This document shows positions 14,300-27,737 of a stretch of DNA of 64,000 nucleotides, piece by piece. Positions within the stretch are counted from its first letter, which is position 1, and each line of letters starts with the position of its first letter. The position numbers were made by a program, and so were the translations under genes. The DNA lies in contig JAYWIR010000037.1 in NCBI GenBank assembly GCA_036172245.1, forward strand, positions 2,046,001 through 2,110,000. The letters run 5' to 3'. This DNA is from Raillietiella orientalis (lineage: Eukaryota). The notes under the pieces are model-generated. The model made no database searches, had not been told where the DNA came from, and worked only from the letters and a program-made list of their open reading frames with translations.

Positions 14300-16500
14300 T
14301 CAAGCATCACGTTCTGATCACGAGTAGGATACCGTATTGCAATCATGACATCAGAAGGATCGACTTGTAGTCACTCGTATGATGACGTAACGAGTATCGT
14401 GCAGCGATCGCAGGCAGGAGGTCTTCTGTGACCACGGGAGCAATCTTGCGATTCCATTTAGGATCAGAAATTTTACCTTGTGTGTGATTCTGCTCGATTC
14501 CATTTGCTGTTCGTCATCACACGAAGTGGCTCTGAGAGATCACACGTCTCGTCAAGCTGGATCCCCACTGTGCTCTATGTTGCGTGAGACTGCCCTCGTG
14601 CTTGCCATCGTGTATGTGACCATGCACACGCATGGCGATTATGCGAACTGTGTGCCGGCATAGGTCCTCCATCCATGTCTGCAAGCGCAAGGCATGACGG
14701 GATACGGTCACATGCGGACGTTCGACATGCGCGTGGACACCTGCGTACGCATATATGCCATCGTGAATTTTCGGACAGCCTGACCTCACCCTTGATAACT
14801 TGGAAGGACATCTGCAAGAGTGCCCTGGCACGGAACATGTCTTTGCCCGCTTGAGCGCATCCGAAACGAAGAGACGCGGGTTGAAGCTGGCAACGAACTC
14901 CGCTCAATGAAGAATGCCCGGCGTAGGCAGCAATCGAGGTTTCATGGGGCTGAAGAACACCCGCGAAAGGGATCACTTTTGAAGGATATTCCTCCTCCAC
15001 ATTTTCTTCCTCCTCCCTTCCTCTTCCACTCTTCCTACTCCTCCTCCTCCTTTTCCTTTTCCTGAATTCCCCAAAAGTGCTGATCAGACTCAACGAAGGC
15101 ATCCTGTTTCTGGATTTTACTAGTGCCGCACCCGAACAGGCCAACCAGTGTCGTCTTGCAAGGGGAACTCGAAATCTACGACGCACCCATGTCTTGTCGA
15201 TCCTTCCCCGGGTGGGATTTGAACTCGTAACGCTTGGTACCACACGGCCGCCTAGGTGGGCTGAAAAGACATTGGAGAACGCGTCCAGGCATTAAAAGGG
15301 AACACATCGGAGACGTTCCTTGGTTGCTAGTGACGGGATGATCAGTGCAAGGAGTATCCTGTTTCCCTGGAATGCTATTTATCCTTCGTCACCAAGCATG
15401 CATTTCTTCCTCGAGAAGAGAATGGAGAGGCAATCCGGAAGCATGTCGCAATTCCTTCCTCCTAGGTTTCGGATCATTTCTGCAGTCATGCAATAGTCAG
15501 GAGCACAAGTGGATCGGAGTGGACAATGGAAGTACCCGAGGGAAGCCCCAGCTTGCATCCACAGGCAGTAGCGATTCCCTCGGCAGCAGTCTCCTGGCCG
15601 GCCACGGAGGGAACGAAGTGTCGAGACAACTTCCCAGATTCTGGGTGGGTGAGGCGATGGACGATCAGGGCAGCTTTGTCGATCTGATCCGAACTCCAGA
15701 GACAGGATCTGCGGGACGAGCATTGCGAGAGGCAGCAGGAATGGAATCTGTCCTTGAGACATGTAAATCGGTCTCCAGATAGACACCATACCGTAACCAT
15801 CGGCGGCGACGCCCACCGGATGTGCGCGCTCGGAGACTACTGTGTGTCCCCCGCTTCGGAATTTGATCGTTTTCACCGGTTGACCTTAGTCCGATTATCG
15901 GCCGGATCCAGGCCAAAGGATGCAAGCGCTGGAGATTTGCTGCTGCTACGCCCGACAGTTCCGTCGGAGACAGAGAAAGCTCAAGTAGCCATCTCGATTC
16001 GTCACTTAGGTATTCTCCCGCCCCTTACAATTGGGGAAGTGTCGTTTGCAGGCAGAAGATGCACCAACTGGAGGAAACTCGAGGTCCATCCAGCCGAAAC
16101 TCCGCGCCTGCAAAACAGCATCAACTTCCTGTTCGCCCAAAGGACGTGATTTGAGCTTCCCGCTTCCTGTGGATGATCTACGTTGCCATCACTAGCAATG
16201 CAAATCCCAGTAAAATTCGCAAAAATGGAAGCGTGCGGCGGATTTTCGTTTGCGCATGTATGTGCGATGTTGCTGCCGCATGCTGGCATCAAAACGCTCC
16301 AGATGCTGCTGCAACTTCTGGACTGAATTATTTTAGGTCGGTCATTACGGTAATTACGTCATGGAGGAGTCGGTTGCGTGTTCGAGCAGCAAAGAGTTTC
16401 TGATCAATCCATCGGCAAGCCCTTTTGAGACCACACCGAGTTTCCAGGTTACTCTTGAATATCAGGGATGAAGTGCAGATGAGCCACTCTTCCAGGATCA
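14300..16500 (-). mobile_element. Possible BEL/Pao relic interrupted by a SINE
   Basis: FTCLKDRFH..CSSRRSC...LIVH resembles the Pao gag knuckles; RHALRLQTWMED resembles Pao RT DALRFLW. Confidence 0.3.
15075..15255 (-). mobile_element. SINE 5' fragment, uninterrupted at the LINE insertion site
   Basis: GATCCTTCCCCGGGTGGGATTTGAACTC; aligns to 42880-43050. Confidence 0.7.
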
Positions 16501-16655
16501 CCTCCTGCTATGAATTTGAGAAAGTCCATATATCACGAAAATTATTATCACGGACAGTAACTGTAGCAATTGAGTAATAGACAGATGTCGTTATCTACAT
16601 GCATGATGAAGTAGAATTTAGCCGCCTCAGTAACAATATAATTTGATTTTATCTA

Positions 16656-17194
16656 CGAGGCTCCTCACATAAGTAAGAGCCTATCGGATATAAAGAAAGA
16701 ACAAATAAGAGAAACGAAAATGCATTGGTGGTTCTAAACACATCCATCCATCCCCATGTCATTTTTCTGCGCAGCCACCATTCCTTTCCAAACACCTTTG
16801 ACACCGTGGAAAAAGCCTTTTTGAAAATTCTGCCTTCTGGGAGTTCAGCCGGACTGCAGTTTTCCACTCTTCTTCACTTTCCTCGAGTCGTTGAGCCACT
16901 TCTGGAGATGCAAGAAGGAAGACGTGGTAGTCACCGGGCGGGACTGTAAGAATGGGTGATATTGAAAAGTCCCCATTTGAATTTCCGAATCCCTCTGGAA
17001 TGTGCGGACAGCATGTGTTGTTGCCAAGGCGCGCGTTGTCGTGGAGGAGGAGAACCATTCCTGACCTCAGCATTCCACGTCGTCGGTTCTGAATGGCCCG
17101 CCGCAGTTTGGAAAGTGCTTCACAGCAGACTTGCAAAGTGACGGTTGTCCCATAAAATCCACCAAAACCACACCCTTTTTGTCCCAGCACTGCT
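16656..17194 (-). mobile_element. Mariner-derived MITE copy 2, long arm only
   Basis: TA plus degenerate TIR, then the 3' half of the transposase (LHDNAR...PPGDYHVF...RCQRCLERNG); stops at the point where the other copies fold back. Confidence 0.85.
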
Positions 17195-18844
17195 AACGCA
17201 AGGCACGTCAGGCGTGCAGATGCAATGGATGAAAATCTGTGCTTTTTCGTTTCAAGACAAATTTGTACATAGGTAGGCTTTTCCCTGAAAAGGTAGGAAT
17301 CTTCTTTGGTGGTGCAGTCTTTAAGACGATGCAGCCATCCAGAATCCAACCCTTCCAGGGACCTTGATGATACTGGTTCGTGTGCTGCCTCGACCTTCAA
17401 GTGCAAGGAAAAGGAACGAAAATTCTCTTTCCCTTCCAGCAAACACAGCAGATGATGCGTGTTTTGCAGTCACATCTTCTTATACGGAAGATGGATCTTC
17501 CTAAAAAAAAAAAAAAAAACTAGAGGTTTTCCGACAATCCCTCTGCCCCCTCGTTGGGAATTCGAAAGCCAGGCTATCCATGTAGCAATCAGAAATCCTT
17601 AAGCAGGTGCTTTGCGACCGTAATTAGTGACTTGTGTCCTTTCCAGTGAGCAAGCAATCGTGTACCAAGAATGGAAGCTATTTTTGCGAAAGCAAACGAT
17701 TTGACAGACTTCTTCCAGACAGCCATTGTAAAGAGATCGGTTGCTCCAGAACGCTTCTGGCTCTCTCAAAGCTCCTAGGTTTCCATCCATCAGCAGAGAA
17801 GCCTACTCATTTTATCCAGACTGCTTCGTGAAATCGTCTCCATGAATTTCAGGGATCCTACTTCTTTGTTTTGATGCCTTCACAAATGCATCTCTGAGAA
17901 CGGAGACCCAATAAACCCTAAAAACCTTGCTTCCACCCTGAGCGTGCTACGGAGAGACCACTACGACGCCCCATCGCTAGCTGCCCCACTTGTGTGGGAG
18001 AAGTTCGAAGATCTGGTCTAGCTGGAGGTCTTCAAGGTGAATTGAAAGCCTTTGACCTGAGTCTGTGGATTAGTCCAATGCACTTCAGCATGCTGGTAAC
18101 GAGCTCTTCCGCAGCATGGCTCTGTGGAGAATCCAGACGTTCTAGGAGGAGCTGCGGAGGAATGGTACTGGGAGAAATCTGAGAAGGCTGCAGAGTTCGA
18201 AAACATCCTCACTCTAGTTTCTAAGCAAATCCAACCACTCCAAGGAATCGACAGCAGGGGTGTCATCCAAAACACGTGACCATTCCCACGCTTTCTAGGT
18301 GACTTTCAAAGAGCAAGAACGAATTCTTGTGGAGATCGAATGGTTATCGGATTCTGCATCTGGTCTGAAGGGTGTGTGGGATCCCATTCAGCCACAAGGA
18401 AATTCTTTCTTCAGCTCCCCTGGTTACGGTTGCTTCATCATCTGCATCCCTTAGGGAGAAAATTCTGTGACTGCTGTGGCGGAATGAGTCTGGATTAGGG
18501 GATGGTGGAATTCAATCTCACAGCGTCACGAAGTGCATAGCTGGAAAAAGGACTGAGAAAGCTGAGGATGTTCGAGACGGATGAAAAGTCAGAATGTCCG
18601 ACATTACAGTCTGTTGGGGTGACCGAGGGTGATATTCATTGCTTCCGGAGCCCGAATCCCCTCCACCTACATCGTCAGACACCTCCTCCCTCTCGGAAGG
18701 AGTCCGAGAGAAACCTGCGTCGTCGAGAAAGCTGCGTTCAAATGGGGTGACTCCCAGACCGACCGTGCAAGAAATGATGGATAAAACCAGAAGTCCACTA
18801 GGGATTTCTGATGACGTTTTCTCCCTAAGGAGCCCCATAAGCCG

Positions 18845-20200
18845 CGCTGGCGACCGTGCGGCTGCGGTCTTCGCGAGCAATACCAACCATTGCGAGTTTG
18901 AATCCCTACCGGGGAAGGATCGACTCGATAAATAGGGAGGTGCGTCGTGGATTTTGAGATCCCCCTCAGGAGGAGGCTGTTTGGCCTGTAGGATTCGGGT
19001 GTAGCACTGGTTGACACCCGGTCACGCCGGGGCGTTTCTTTCTAAACTTACATGTCTGTGGCAGAACGTTTGATCCTACCCCGTTACTTATGGATACAAA
19101 AAGGAATCTGCCGGGATCTGTCACGCAGGTCAGCAGGGTTCGCCTCGAGGAAGCACAGGGGAAGGGGAGACAAGCAAAAAAAGAGAAAAACAAAACAAAA
19201 AATGCAGTCCAAAAATGGGGGAGGGGGCGGATTTGAGAAGGGATCACTGTGTGTTGGTGGGTGTCCTCTGCATGCTTGTAAGGATGCTGTCAAGTTCCTG
19301 TTTGAAGATTCCCAGATGAGGATGGGGCCATCCTGACGCTATTCTCATAAAGGGGACAGCGAACGAGATTGCATCGCTATCGTCCTGGCCTCCTCTGGCG
19401 TTACTCCATGCAGCCACAATCCCTGATAGGCAGCAAAGTGCTGCTAGGGATGCAGCCGGCGTGAGGGCGTTGCGCAGGAAGAGGCGCTTTGGAACGTCTC
19501 TGGGATTGCCCTCGACGATCTTCACAGATGCGAAAAAGAGCAACCTTTTAATTGGGAGGTATTGAAGAGTTGCCGCAAACGAGGAAACTCGAACGGTGAA
19601 TAGAAAGCATAAAGGAAAGAATCTTGCTTTAATTTTTGGAGCACGATGGACATTGGTGGAAGCTGAAAAACCAGAGGCCCTCGAAGAGTGGCCGGGATTC
19701 GAAAGTTGACCCTCCGGGTCCTTCCAGGAATCAAGAAATTGGTTTCCTTTGGGATTTCCCTCCGATTGTGCAAATGAAGCTGTCCTCTCCTCACCCTCAG
19801 AGGAGCACCCTCCATCGAGTACCAACCGCGAGCTGGTTGATTGATACCTCTCCAAAGTGTCAAGAAGTGCTCTGCTCTCTTCGGGATTCTCTTCAGAGGA
19901 GGAAGAAACAAGGAGCAATTTCCCTTGAGGTTCCCTCCGCAGATGAAATTCCGGGAGAGACCCCCTCCGGGGTGTCTTTCCAGAGAGAATCAGGAGGAGG
20001 CTCCCTTAGGGGTTTCCTCCCAAGAGTAAGAGAAACAAACTTCTTTCTTCGGAGTCCTTCCTGGATCCATTGGTTGGTCCCCGACCGGGGTGCCCCCCAA
20101 CTTGAAGGGTTAAAACTCACCTTCGAGAGGCCTGGACAGTGTCAAAGAGCTTCTCTGTGAGCTCTTCTCAGGCGAGCAGCTCCTGAGTACTCAGCTGCGA
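18845..20200 (+). mobile_element. SINE copy split by an insertion (head 18845-19011, body 19651-20200)
   Basis: B-box GAGTTTGAATCCC; body aligns to 43010-43500; CACTGGT/CATTGGT flank the insertion. Confidence 0.75.
19012..19510 (-). mobile_element. 3' end of the same LINE, near-identical to 27240-27737
   Basis: Same peptide LFLRNALTPAASLAALCC...MQRTPTNTQ and same 3' UTR, in inverted orientation. Confidence 0.9.
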
Positions 20201-21599
20201 CCCAAGAAGCCTCCAGAGCATCCACCAAAGATCCGCCGGATGCTACCGGGTGACGTGGCATGTATGGCACACCTTTATGCCTTTTCCGGCTAGTCGAGAA
20301 TCCTCCCAGAGATCCACGGGGATCCGCGGTTCCAACTTTGCGGAGTTTCAGGTGAGTCCTGCGTGAGCGAGATGGCATGGCATCCCGGGGTGGCTAGAAA
20401 AAGCGGTTGGATTCGCCGACCTTCCCTAGTTCACAGCGGGAGGCGGAGCCTTGAAGACGCCAGCAGGGGTGACTCCGGCACGTCGGGACTCGCGGATGCG
20501 GCCAAGGCCGCGCCAGCGGATCGGAACTTCCGACCCGGGAGGATGAGCGACGACGTTTCTGGAAATCACCTCGCTCCGGAATGGCAGGAATCCGGTATCC
20601 GAGAGACCTCCCGAGCGGATGCTCCAGATTCCCGTGGGCCCGTTTGGCCTCGAGGGAGAAGAGGAACTGGCCAGGTGGAGTCGAAAATTTTTTTTCCTAG
20701 TGTGGACGTGGCGATCAAGGATGGGAGTGGCCTGAGGCTCCGTTTTCAGGCTTCCCACTTCCTGCTACTCGGAAGCGTCCGGGAATTCCAGAGGATGACG
20801 TAGGAAAGAAGGGAGAGAGGAACAAACAAGGAAGGCAATGCCCTCCGTTGTTTCTGTGGCGAGCTCAGAGAATTTGAAATCTCCATCGGGAATTCTGTTT
20901 CCTGTAGGAGTTTCCTTCTTCTCACTCGAGTACCCTGGGGAAGAGAGAGAGCTCTGCCATCTTTTAGGCCGGCTGGAGTCTCCTCGGGAATAGTTCTTTC
21001 CGGCCAGACTTTTCGGTGCCCAAGATCATATCCCTCCCATCACCGCGCTGCATTACGGGCTCCGCGATGACCTCTTCCCCTTTGTTTTCCCTTCTGAACA
21101 GCCGGTTCGTTTCCGTTTCAGCTCGAGCAGCAGCGTCAAGATGAGGGAAGGGAAGGGAGGGGAAAGGGGCAAAAGCGGAGACGGTGCTCCCGAGAGTTCG
21201 TGGCACGCAAGGACCTGCACTGCGTCCGGTGCCCCCTCTGTCCACGCTGCCGTCCTTGCTAGGGATCCCTCGCGCGCGAAAGCCACCGGGAAAGAGTGCA
21301 TTCGAGCACGCGGGAGGTCCGAGTTTCTGTTGGCAGGACAGGTAGACGCAGAGGTCGCCTGGAAACCTTTGCCTTTGCACGTCGCACCATGGGTGGTGGT
21401 TCGGAGCAGGCTTCCCAGAGTTCTTCCTTGAAGATGTTCCCGAGACAGCTGGGTGCGCCCGAAAAAAGTGCCAAAAAACGCTCAGGATCACTCTTCAAGC
21501 GACCCCAGGCTGGCCGCCGCAAGTTTCATCCTTTGAGCAGCATCCTTCGCTCCGAGCTGGCGAGAAAATCGCCCTCGATGCTGTTTGGCTGGACCTTCT

Positions 21600-24500
21600 T
21601 CCTCCCCCCCTTCCCTTTTTGCACGTTCCTCTGCATCTTCGGCAATACTCCCACGGGTTTCCCTCGATAATGAGACGCTCGAGAATGGATGAAAACGGAA
21701 GTGGAAGCAGGAAAGAAGAAGCGACGTCAAAAGATGCAAGTGACGAGGACTCTCAGCATCTCTCTTCTGAGGGATTCGCTCCCAAAGACACCATCCTCAG
21801 CCCTGGAGGAGTGACACCCTGACGTGCTGCGTCTTCTGATTTTTAGCTGCACGAGCCCCTCTGAATTCCTGCAGCCTCGACTGGGCACCGCCATTGGTTT
21901 CCCCGAGCGATCCTGGTCCTGGAAGAGTGTCCAATTCAAGAAACTTTGATGTAGGATCGAGGTGGAAGAGCACTTGCAAAAGATGGAGGTAACCGAGCAA
22001 AGAGCAGACAGCAAAAGAAACCAGCGGCAAGAGAGCAAACTTAGCGACCGCGACACGAGCAGTGGTAGGCAACAGTCATTAAAGACAGATGTGAACGAGC
22101 AACGGGGAGAGAGGGAAGGCGGTAAGCAGAGGCACAGCATCGAGATAGAGGAGCAGCGGCATCTCTTAGGAAGAAAGCAAAGCTGAGAAAGCGAACATTT
22201 CGCCGCAGAGATGAAGAAGGCAAATGATAAAAGCAGGAAGTATGAGTTGCAACTGGCAGGTGCGCGTCATGGTTCCCGTTCCGAGACGCAGGAAGTCTCC
22301 ATGTCTTGGTATTCTCGAATCAGGAAGCCCGACTTTCCGTAACCTGCAAAGCCGCTCCATCGTTTGGGATGTCGTGCTCCAGGACCTACCTCGGCAGCAG
22401 CACTCTCTAGCGACAGGTTCAAGGAAGGAGGAAAACACGAACGAGAATGTCTGGGTTGCAGGGACTCGTTTCTCCTCCTTCCGTCTCCCTCTATTCCCAC
22501 ATCAGTCGTTATGGGAAAAGATTTAGGCTGTGGGGCAGAAGTTTTGACGAATCAAGATCAAGTTGGAGACCAGCTGGAGACCCAGCAACCATTGGAGGCA
22601 AGCTAGAGAAGGAACAAGGAACATGGGAAACAGGTATAGCCTTGGGACCTCTGGACTCGTCTCTGGACTCCAACCCTTGTCATCAAAGATTTGTGAAGCT
22701 TCCCCCTAGAGTGGCGGAACCCTTCGTCCAGAGATGAAGGATTCCCTCCATCAACATAGTCAACGGCCCTCCGGCGAGAACCATCGAAGCCTCCGTTGCC
22801 TCTTACCTTGATGTCCTGAGAATGCTGAGTCCCAGAAAGAATCTACCTCTATTCTCATGGTCCTCTTCGCCTATTTCCCTTGAGAGAAGCTAGACATTTT
22901 ATCCAGGATCACCATCAACCTTCATTTTCCCTCGCGCATGAGTTATGGACAGGATTCCCAGAAAGCGAAGAAAAGAATTCTCCTTTCAGGATGCGGCCGC
23001 TGTCGTATTTCGAGGAATGAGGAAGGGCATCACTTGAATAACTCTCTGGATCTTTGGGTACCGGACAGACCCCCATCCATCTTCTTCCGCCTCCTCTGAC
23101 CAGATGCAGAGACAGGGTAGCTGAAAGTATCAGAAACGAGAAAGGTGTGGAGTCCGGTCTAGTACATCAAGGAAAAAAAACTCTCCGAGGATAAGCAGAG
23201 GGCATTCGGGAAGTCGGAGGTCACCTCAGTTTCACAGTTCCTCTTATAAACCGCAGATCACAGTCAAAACCATTACCGAGTGCCATGGAGCAGTCCGGAG
23301 GATCGACTTCTTGAGAGAAACGTGAGGCTAGTTTCCTTACATCAAGATCGAACAGAGTCCTCCTTCCACGTGCTGATAGAAGCCCTACTTCTTACTACAC
23401 GAGACTCTGCACCGACACTTCCATTCTCTCAGAGTGGCCTCTGAGAGAACGGCGGGAAGGAGGAAGAGGAGACAGTGAAAAGGGTCCTACAGGAAGATAA
23501 AACAGACAGCTCGATCAACTAACTCCGCGCCAAGGACGCTGCCACCGTTTTCCAGTGCGGTTCTTCCTGCTTGTGTTCGCTCGGAACCGGAGGCGCGGAG
23601 TGGTCCCGCCCTCCGTTTCTCCTTTGTGGGACAATGTCTTCGGAGTGAGCGCTTCCTTTTCCGATCCATCACTTTCCGCGCTGCGAGTCCCCACTCTGCT
23701 TCAGGTGGTGCTCTGGGAGCGTCACAAATTGGCCTGGAAGGTGAACAGCTCCTTTCTCTACCAAACAAAACGGATGACCTTGCGCGGGTGGAGAGATTGT
23801 CTTGTTCGAGCTTCTCTAACTGGCTCATTTCGAGGAGAGTCTAGAGACTTATGAAGGACCCCTCACAGCCCAGAGGAATTTTCCTCCTGTCACTTTCGCG
23901 TTCCCAGGACAACTCTGCTGGATGACCGCCGCTTCACTACATCCAGAAAAAGAAAACACCTTAAAGAAAAGATACTGAATTTCTAAGAAAATGATCTTCC
24001 TAGATGACGATCCCGCTGTCGAGTTCACGTGCGATGTGCCTCGAAATGCTCAGGGAGGGTTGTTCCGCCGGATGTGATGGGCAAATCCCGTTTGGTCCCG
24101 ATCTGTCTCTCTTCCATCACCCGGGAGCTTTCCCTGGGCATGAGCGTGCCCACCGGCACGAAGCCAGAGGGAGGAAACTCGCCATCCTCTCAGAGTCGCC
24201 ATAGCTCCCGCTGGCCTTGGTGTCCTCGGCCAGCTGGCTCGCGCCTATTCTTTTCAGAAGCGTGTCACTCCGTTGCGTGGGGCGAGCTCCCTCAATCGGG
24301 TCTCCAAGGTTTTCGTGAAGTGGAGCTGTTCTCCCGTCCCGACGCAGGGCTCCACCTTGAGCCATCTTGAGGATCCTTTATGCCTCAGGGAACCTTAGAC
24401 CACCACACCTCTGATGACGCTGAGCTGTGTCCGAGGCTACAATCGCGCTTCTCCACCCCATGAGGAAGCAGCGGTAGTATCAGATAGGGACTGTCTCACC

Positions 24501-24700
24501 TATCCCATCCACGATGTGGCAGCAGGATAACAAGAGGCTTCACCTCCTACCACAAATGACAGAAGGCATCTTCTGTATCGTAGGCAGGCTGGAAGGAAGA
24601 CGCAGGAAAGGTGCTTCCTTCAGTGGTTCCCCCTCCCTCTTCCTTCCCCTTTCCTTGAGCTGCCCTGAAATCCGCCCTACTTTGCCCGTTTTTCCTTGAG
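21600..24700 (+). mobile_element. Highly degenerate Ty3/Gypsy internal region
   Basis: Protease-like CLGILESGS (22.3 kb), LDL..GY-like (23.05 kb), RNase H-like ASGGALGA (23.7 kb), integrase-like remnants (24.3-24.45 kb), in Gypsy order; no LTRs found. Confidence 0.45.
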
Positions 24701-25074
24701 CGCCGCCGACCTATGGAGTCGGCATAACTGACTTCATGTGCACTGCTCTCCCACTCAAGCAAGCACGCTTGTCTGCTCGCTTGTCTTGGAGTGATTGGAT
24801 CACCAGCCACAGAGACTCGTAAAAACTTTCCCACCTATCTCCAAGGGCTGCAAGAATTTGCTCCTTGGCTGGGCAGGAGGCTGGGCAGGAGGCTGGTGCA
24901 CGGAGTCCTGCGTTCTTCTCCTCTTTTAAGCACCCTCTCTTCCGCGTCCGCTCCTTCCTCTCTTTCGACTTCTAGGAACGGAATCGCACCTCCACTTTGT
25001 TCCAGATCGCTCCCCTCACTCACAAATCTCTTCCTCTCCCGTGCTTCATAGGCCCTCCAAGTCTCAACAGAGTG

Positions 25075-25650
25075 ACTTTTTTTTGGTTCGCCAAGTACTC
25101 GAGAACCTCCCGCCTGTGATTAACGCTCTTTAATGCTGTTCACGCCTTCCGGGGTGCGTGTCAGCTCTTCAAGTTAAGGGGTATCCCAGGAGGGAAGCAC
25201 CCTATGAATTCGGGAAGGCCCTGGGGGAAGGAGTTCTTTCCTCTTACGCTTGGAAGGGGATCCCGAAGAGAACGCTCGTCCTGGTTTGTTTCCGAAAAAA
25301 AACCCCGATAGGAATCTCTTCCTTATTCTCCCCGGAAGGAACTCCAGGAAGGGACTGCTCCCTTATTTCTTCTCCGTAGGGGAACCAGCAAGAGAACCTC
25401 TCCTTGTTTCCTTCTCCTCTGAAGAGATCCTCTTCCCATTTTCTCTAAAGGGTCGCTCCCTAAAGGGAGTAGCGCACTTCTTGACCCTTTGTAGAAATGT
25501 CAGTCAACTAGCTCCATGTTACGAGATGGAGAGTCTTCCTTGAAGGGAGAGGGGGCCATTCGCACAACCGTCCTGAATGGAACCGAATTCTTGATTCCTG
25601 AGAGGACACCGGAGGATCAGCTTCCAAATCCTGCTGGAACTCTTGGGCTG
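25075..25650 (-). mobile_element. SINE body and tail; its head lies at 27738-27900, beyond the LINE
   Basis: Reverse complement aligns to 19680-20200 and 43040-43520; T-run at ~25077. Confidence 0.75.
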
Positions 25651-27737
25651 CCCGGCCGCATTGTCGGCCTATCTGCTCTCCATCCGGCGCCACGAGCTCA
25701 TCAACATCTCCTTCAGAGGTCAGACGGTGCACGGCGTGCCAGTGCGACGAGGTATACGGCAGGGCGACAGCCTGAGCCTCTTGCTCTTTAGCACCTATCT
25801 CGAATTGGTTCTGAGAGCATACTTGAATTGGTTCTGAGGGAGAATCTGGCTATTCACCCGCGCGTATGTTCCGGCACGCCTGCCGTCTGAGCATACGCGG
25901 ACGATCTTCTGCTGTTGCTCCCCATGTCCAACCCGGCATGCGCACTCGACGATTTCTTCGAGCTTCTCAGTCATGAAAGGGGTCTGGTGATGAACATGGC
26001 GAAGTCATCCGTGGTTCCCGTTGGTGCGTCGTGGTCAAGGAGGCAGGATCGGATCCGCCTGGGGATCCCTACGGGTCGGTACTTAAAGTACCTGGGCGTT
26101 CCGTTGGGAGACTGCTGATCCGCAGAAGCACCTTGGTCCGGCCGTCTTCCGAAAGCAATGCAGGCGATGAACCTTCCAAAGAGGCAGGTTTTAACTGCCG
26201 GAACGGGCAGCAGTGTGGAACACCTTCCTGACCCCCCTGATTCTTGTTTACACCCTTCCATGAAGCATTAGAAAGCGGACAAAGAGCTCCTCCGGATTTC
26301 ACTCTGGTGCAAAGAGAAGTCCCGAGTCCGCCTAAAGGACTTGTGTGCTTTAGGCGGACTCGGGTGTGCTCCGCTCCGGGACGGCGGCCTAAGCCTCCTG
26401 ACACTGGAGCGAATGGAGCTACAGCTCCATTTCCGATCACTTGCCCTCGTGGCAAACCTCTGGAGCACACCTGGTGCCAACCTGCACGTCTTCTCGTCGA
26501 GAAAACCACCAGCAGCGTGGGGTTTGAGTTTTTTCTTGAGCGCCGTCCATGCAATCTCATCCACGGCGGACTGCACCTACGGCAAGTGGCCACGCTGCCG
26601 AGCAAAAACTGATGGATCTCGTGCCGCACCGCGAGCAGTGGTGTCTGGCTGCAGGGAGCCGTTTGCATGAGGACGAGGATCCAGGAACCAAGCGAGGAAC
26701 AGGTGCGACGTTTCCTGTACGCGCGTACAGCAGCTGCACGCTCCAGGAGATCCTGGAAGATCCCGCGAAGAGTGCGTGATCAGGCACAACCTCCCTCGCC
26801 GCCGCGCTGCCCTCCCTTAGGAAGTACATGGACAGCAGCCTTACGGCTAGGTGGGAGGTTCCTGTGGAAATCTCCAGAATGAGAAAAAGACTGGGCGAGT
26901 GCCGACGGGCCAGCTCACTGACGCAGCGACCCCGAGTACTCGACCTCGTGGACGCTGGGGCGTGCTACTGGGTATTCCGGAGGAAGACCTGTAGTGGTCC
27001 CAGTGCTCATGAACACCCACACCCTCCCCTTAAAGTGACGGGAGTCGGCATTGATGCTGCTGCACTGAAGCCTCCCGTGCAACGACCGCCGGCACCTGTG
27101 GACAAGGGGTGGGTGGGGGGGATGAGCCCAAAAACTGTTCAAGGTGCGAGGAGCGAGAATCCTTCCTGCACCTTCTAGTGGACTGTGTTACCCTCTGGTC
27201 CCTTTGAAGACGCTTGGCCACGACCCTTGGAACCCTTGGAGGCAACGCCAGAGACGTTCCAAAGAGCCTCTTCCTGCGCAACGCCCTCACGCCGGCTGCA
27301 TCCCTAGCAGCACTTTGCTGCCTATCAGGGATTGTGGCTGCATGGAGTAACGCCAGAGGAGGCCAGGACGACAGCGACGCAATCTCGTTCGCTGTCCCCT
27401 TCATGAGAATAGCGTCAGGATGGCCCCATCCTCATCTGGGAGTCTTCAAACAGGAACTTGACAGCATCCTTACAAGCATGCAGAGGACACCCACCAACAC
27501 ACAGTGATCCCTTCTCAAATCCACCTCCTCCCCCATTTTCGGACTGCATTTTTTGTTTTGTTTTTCTCTTTTTTTGCTTGTCTCCCCTTCCCCTGTGCTG
27601 TCGAGGCGAACCCTGCTGACCTGCGTGACAGATCCCGGCAGATTCCTTTTTGTATCCATAAGTAACGGGGTAGGATCAAACGTTCTGCCACAGACATGTA
27701 AGTTTAGAAAGAAACGCCCCGGCGTGACCGGGTGTCA
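25650..27737 (+). mobile_element. 5'-truncated, degenerate Tx1/L1-like LINE (RT to 3' UTR)
   Basis: RT motifs VRRGIRQGDSLSLLLF, AYADDL, LVMNMAKS, LKYLGVPL with stops and frameshifts; ORF ends at 27507; 3' hairpin at 27718-27732. Confidence 0.9.

Noticed and set aside
17600..18800. Integrase-like remnant
   Set aside because: Motif resemblance too weak to call without a search
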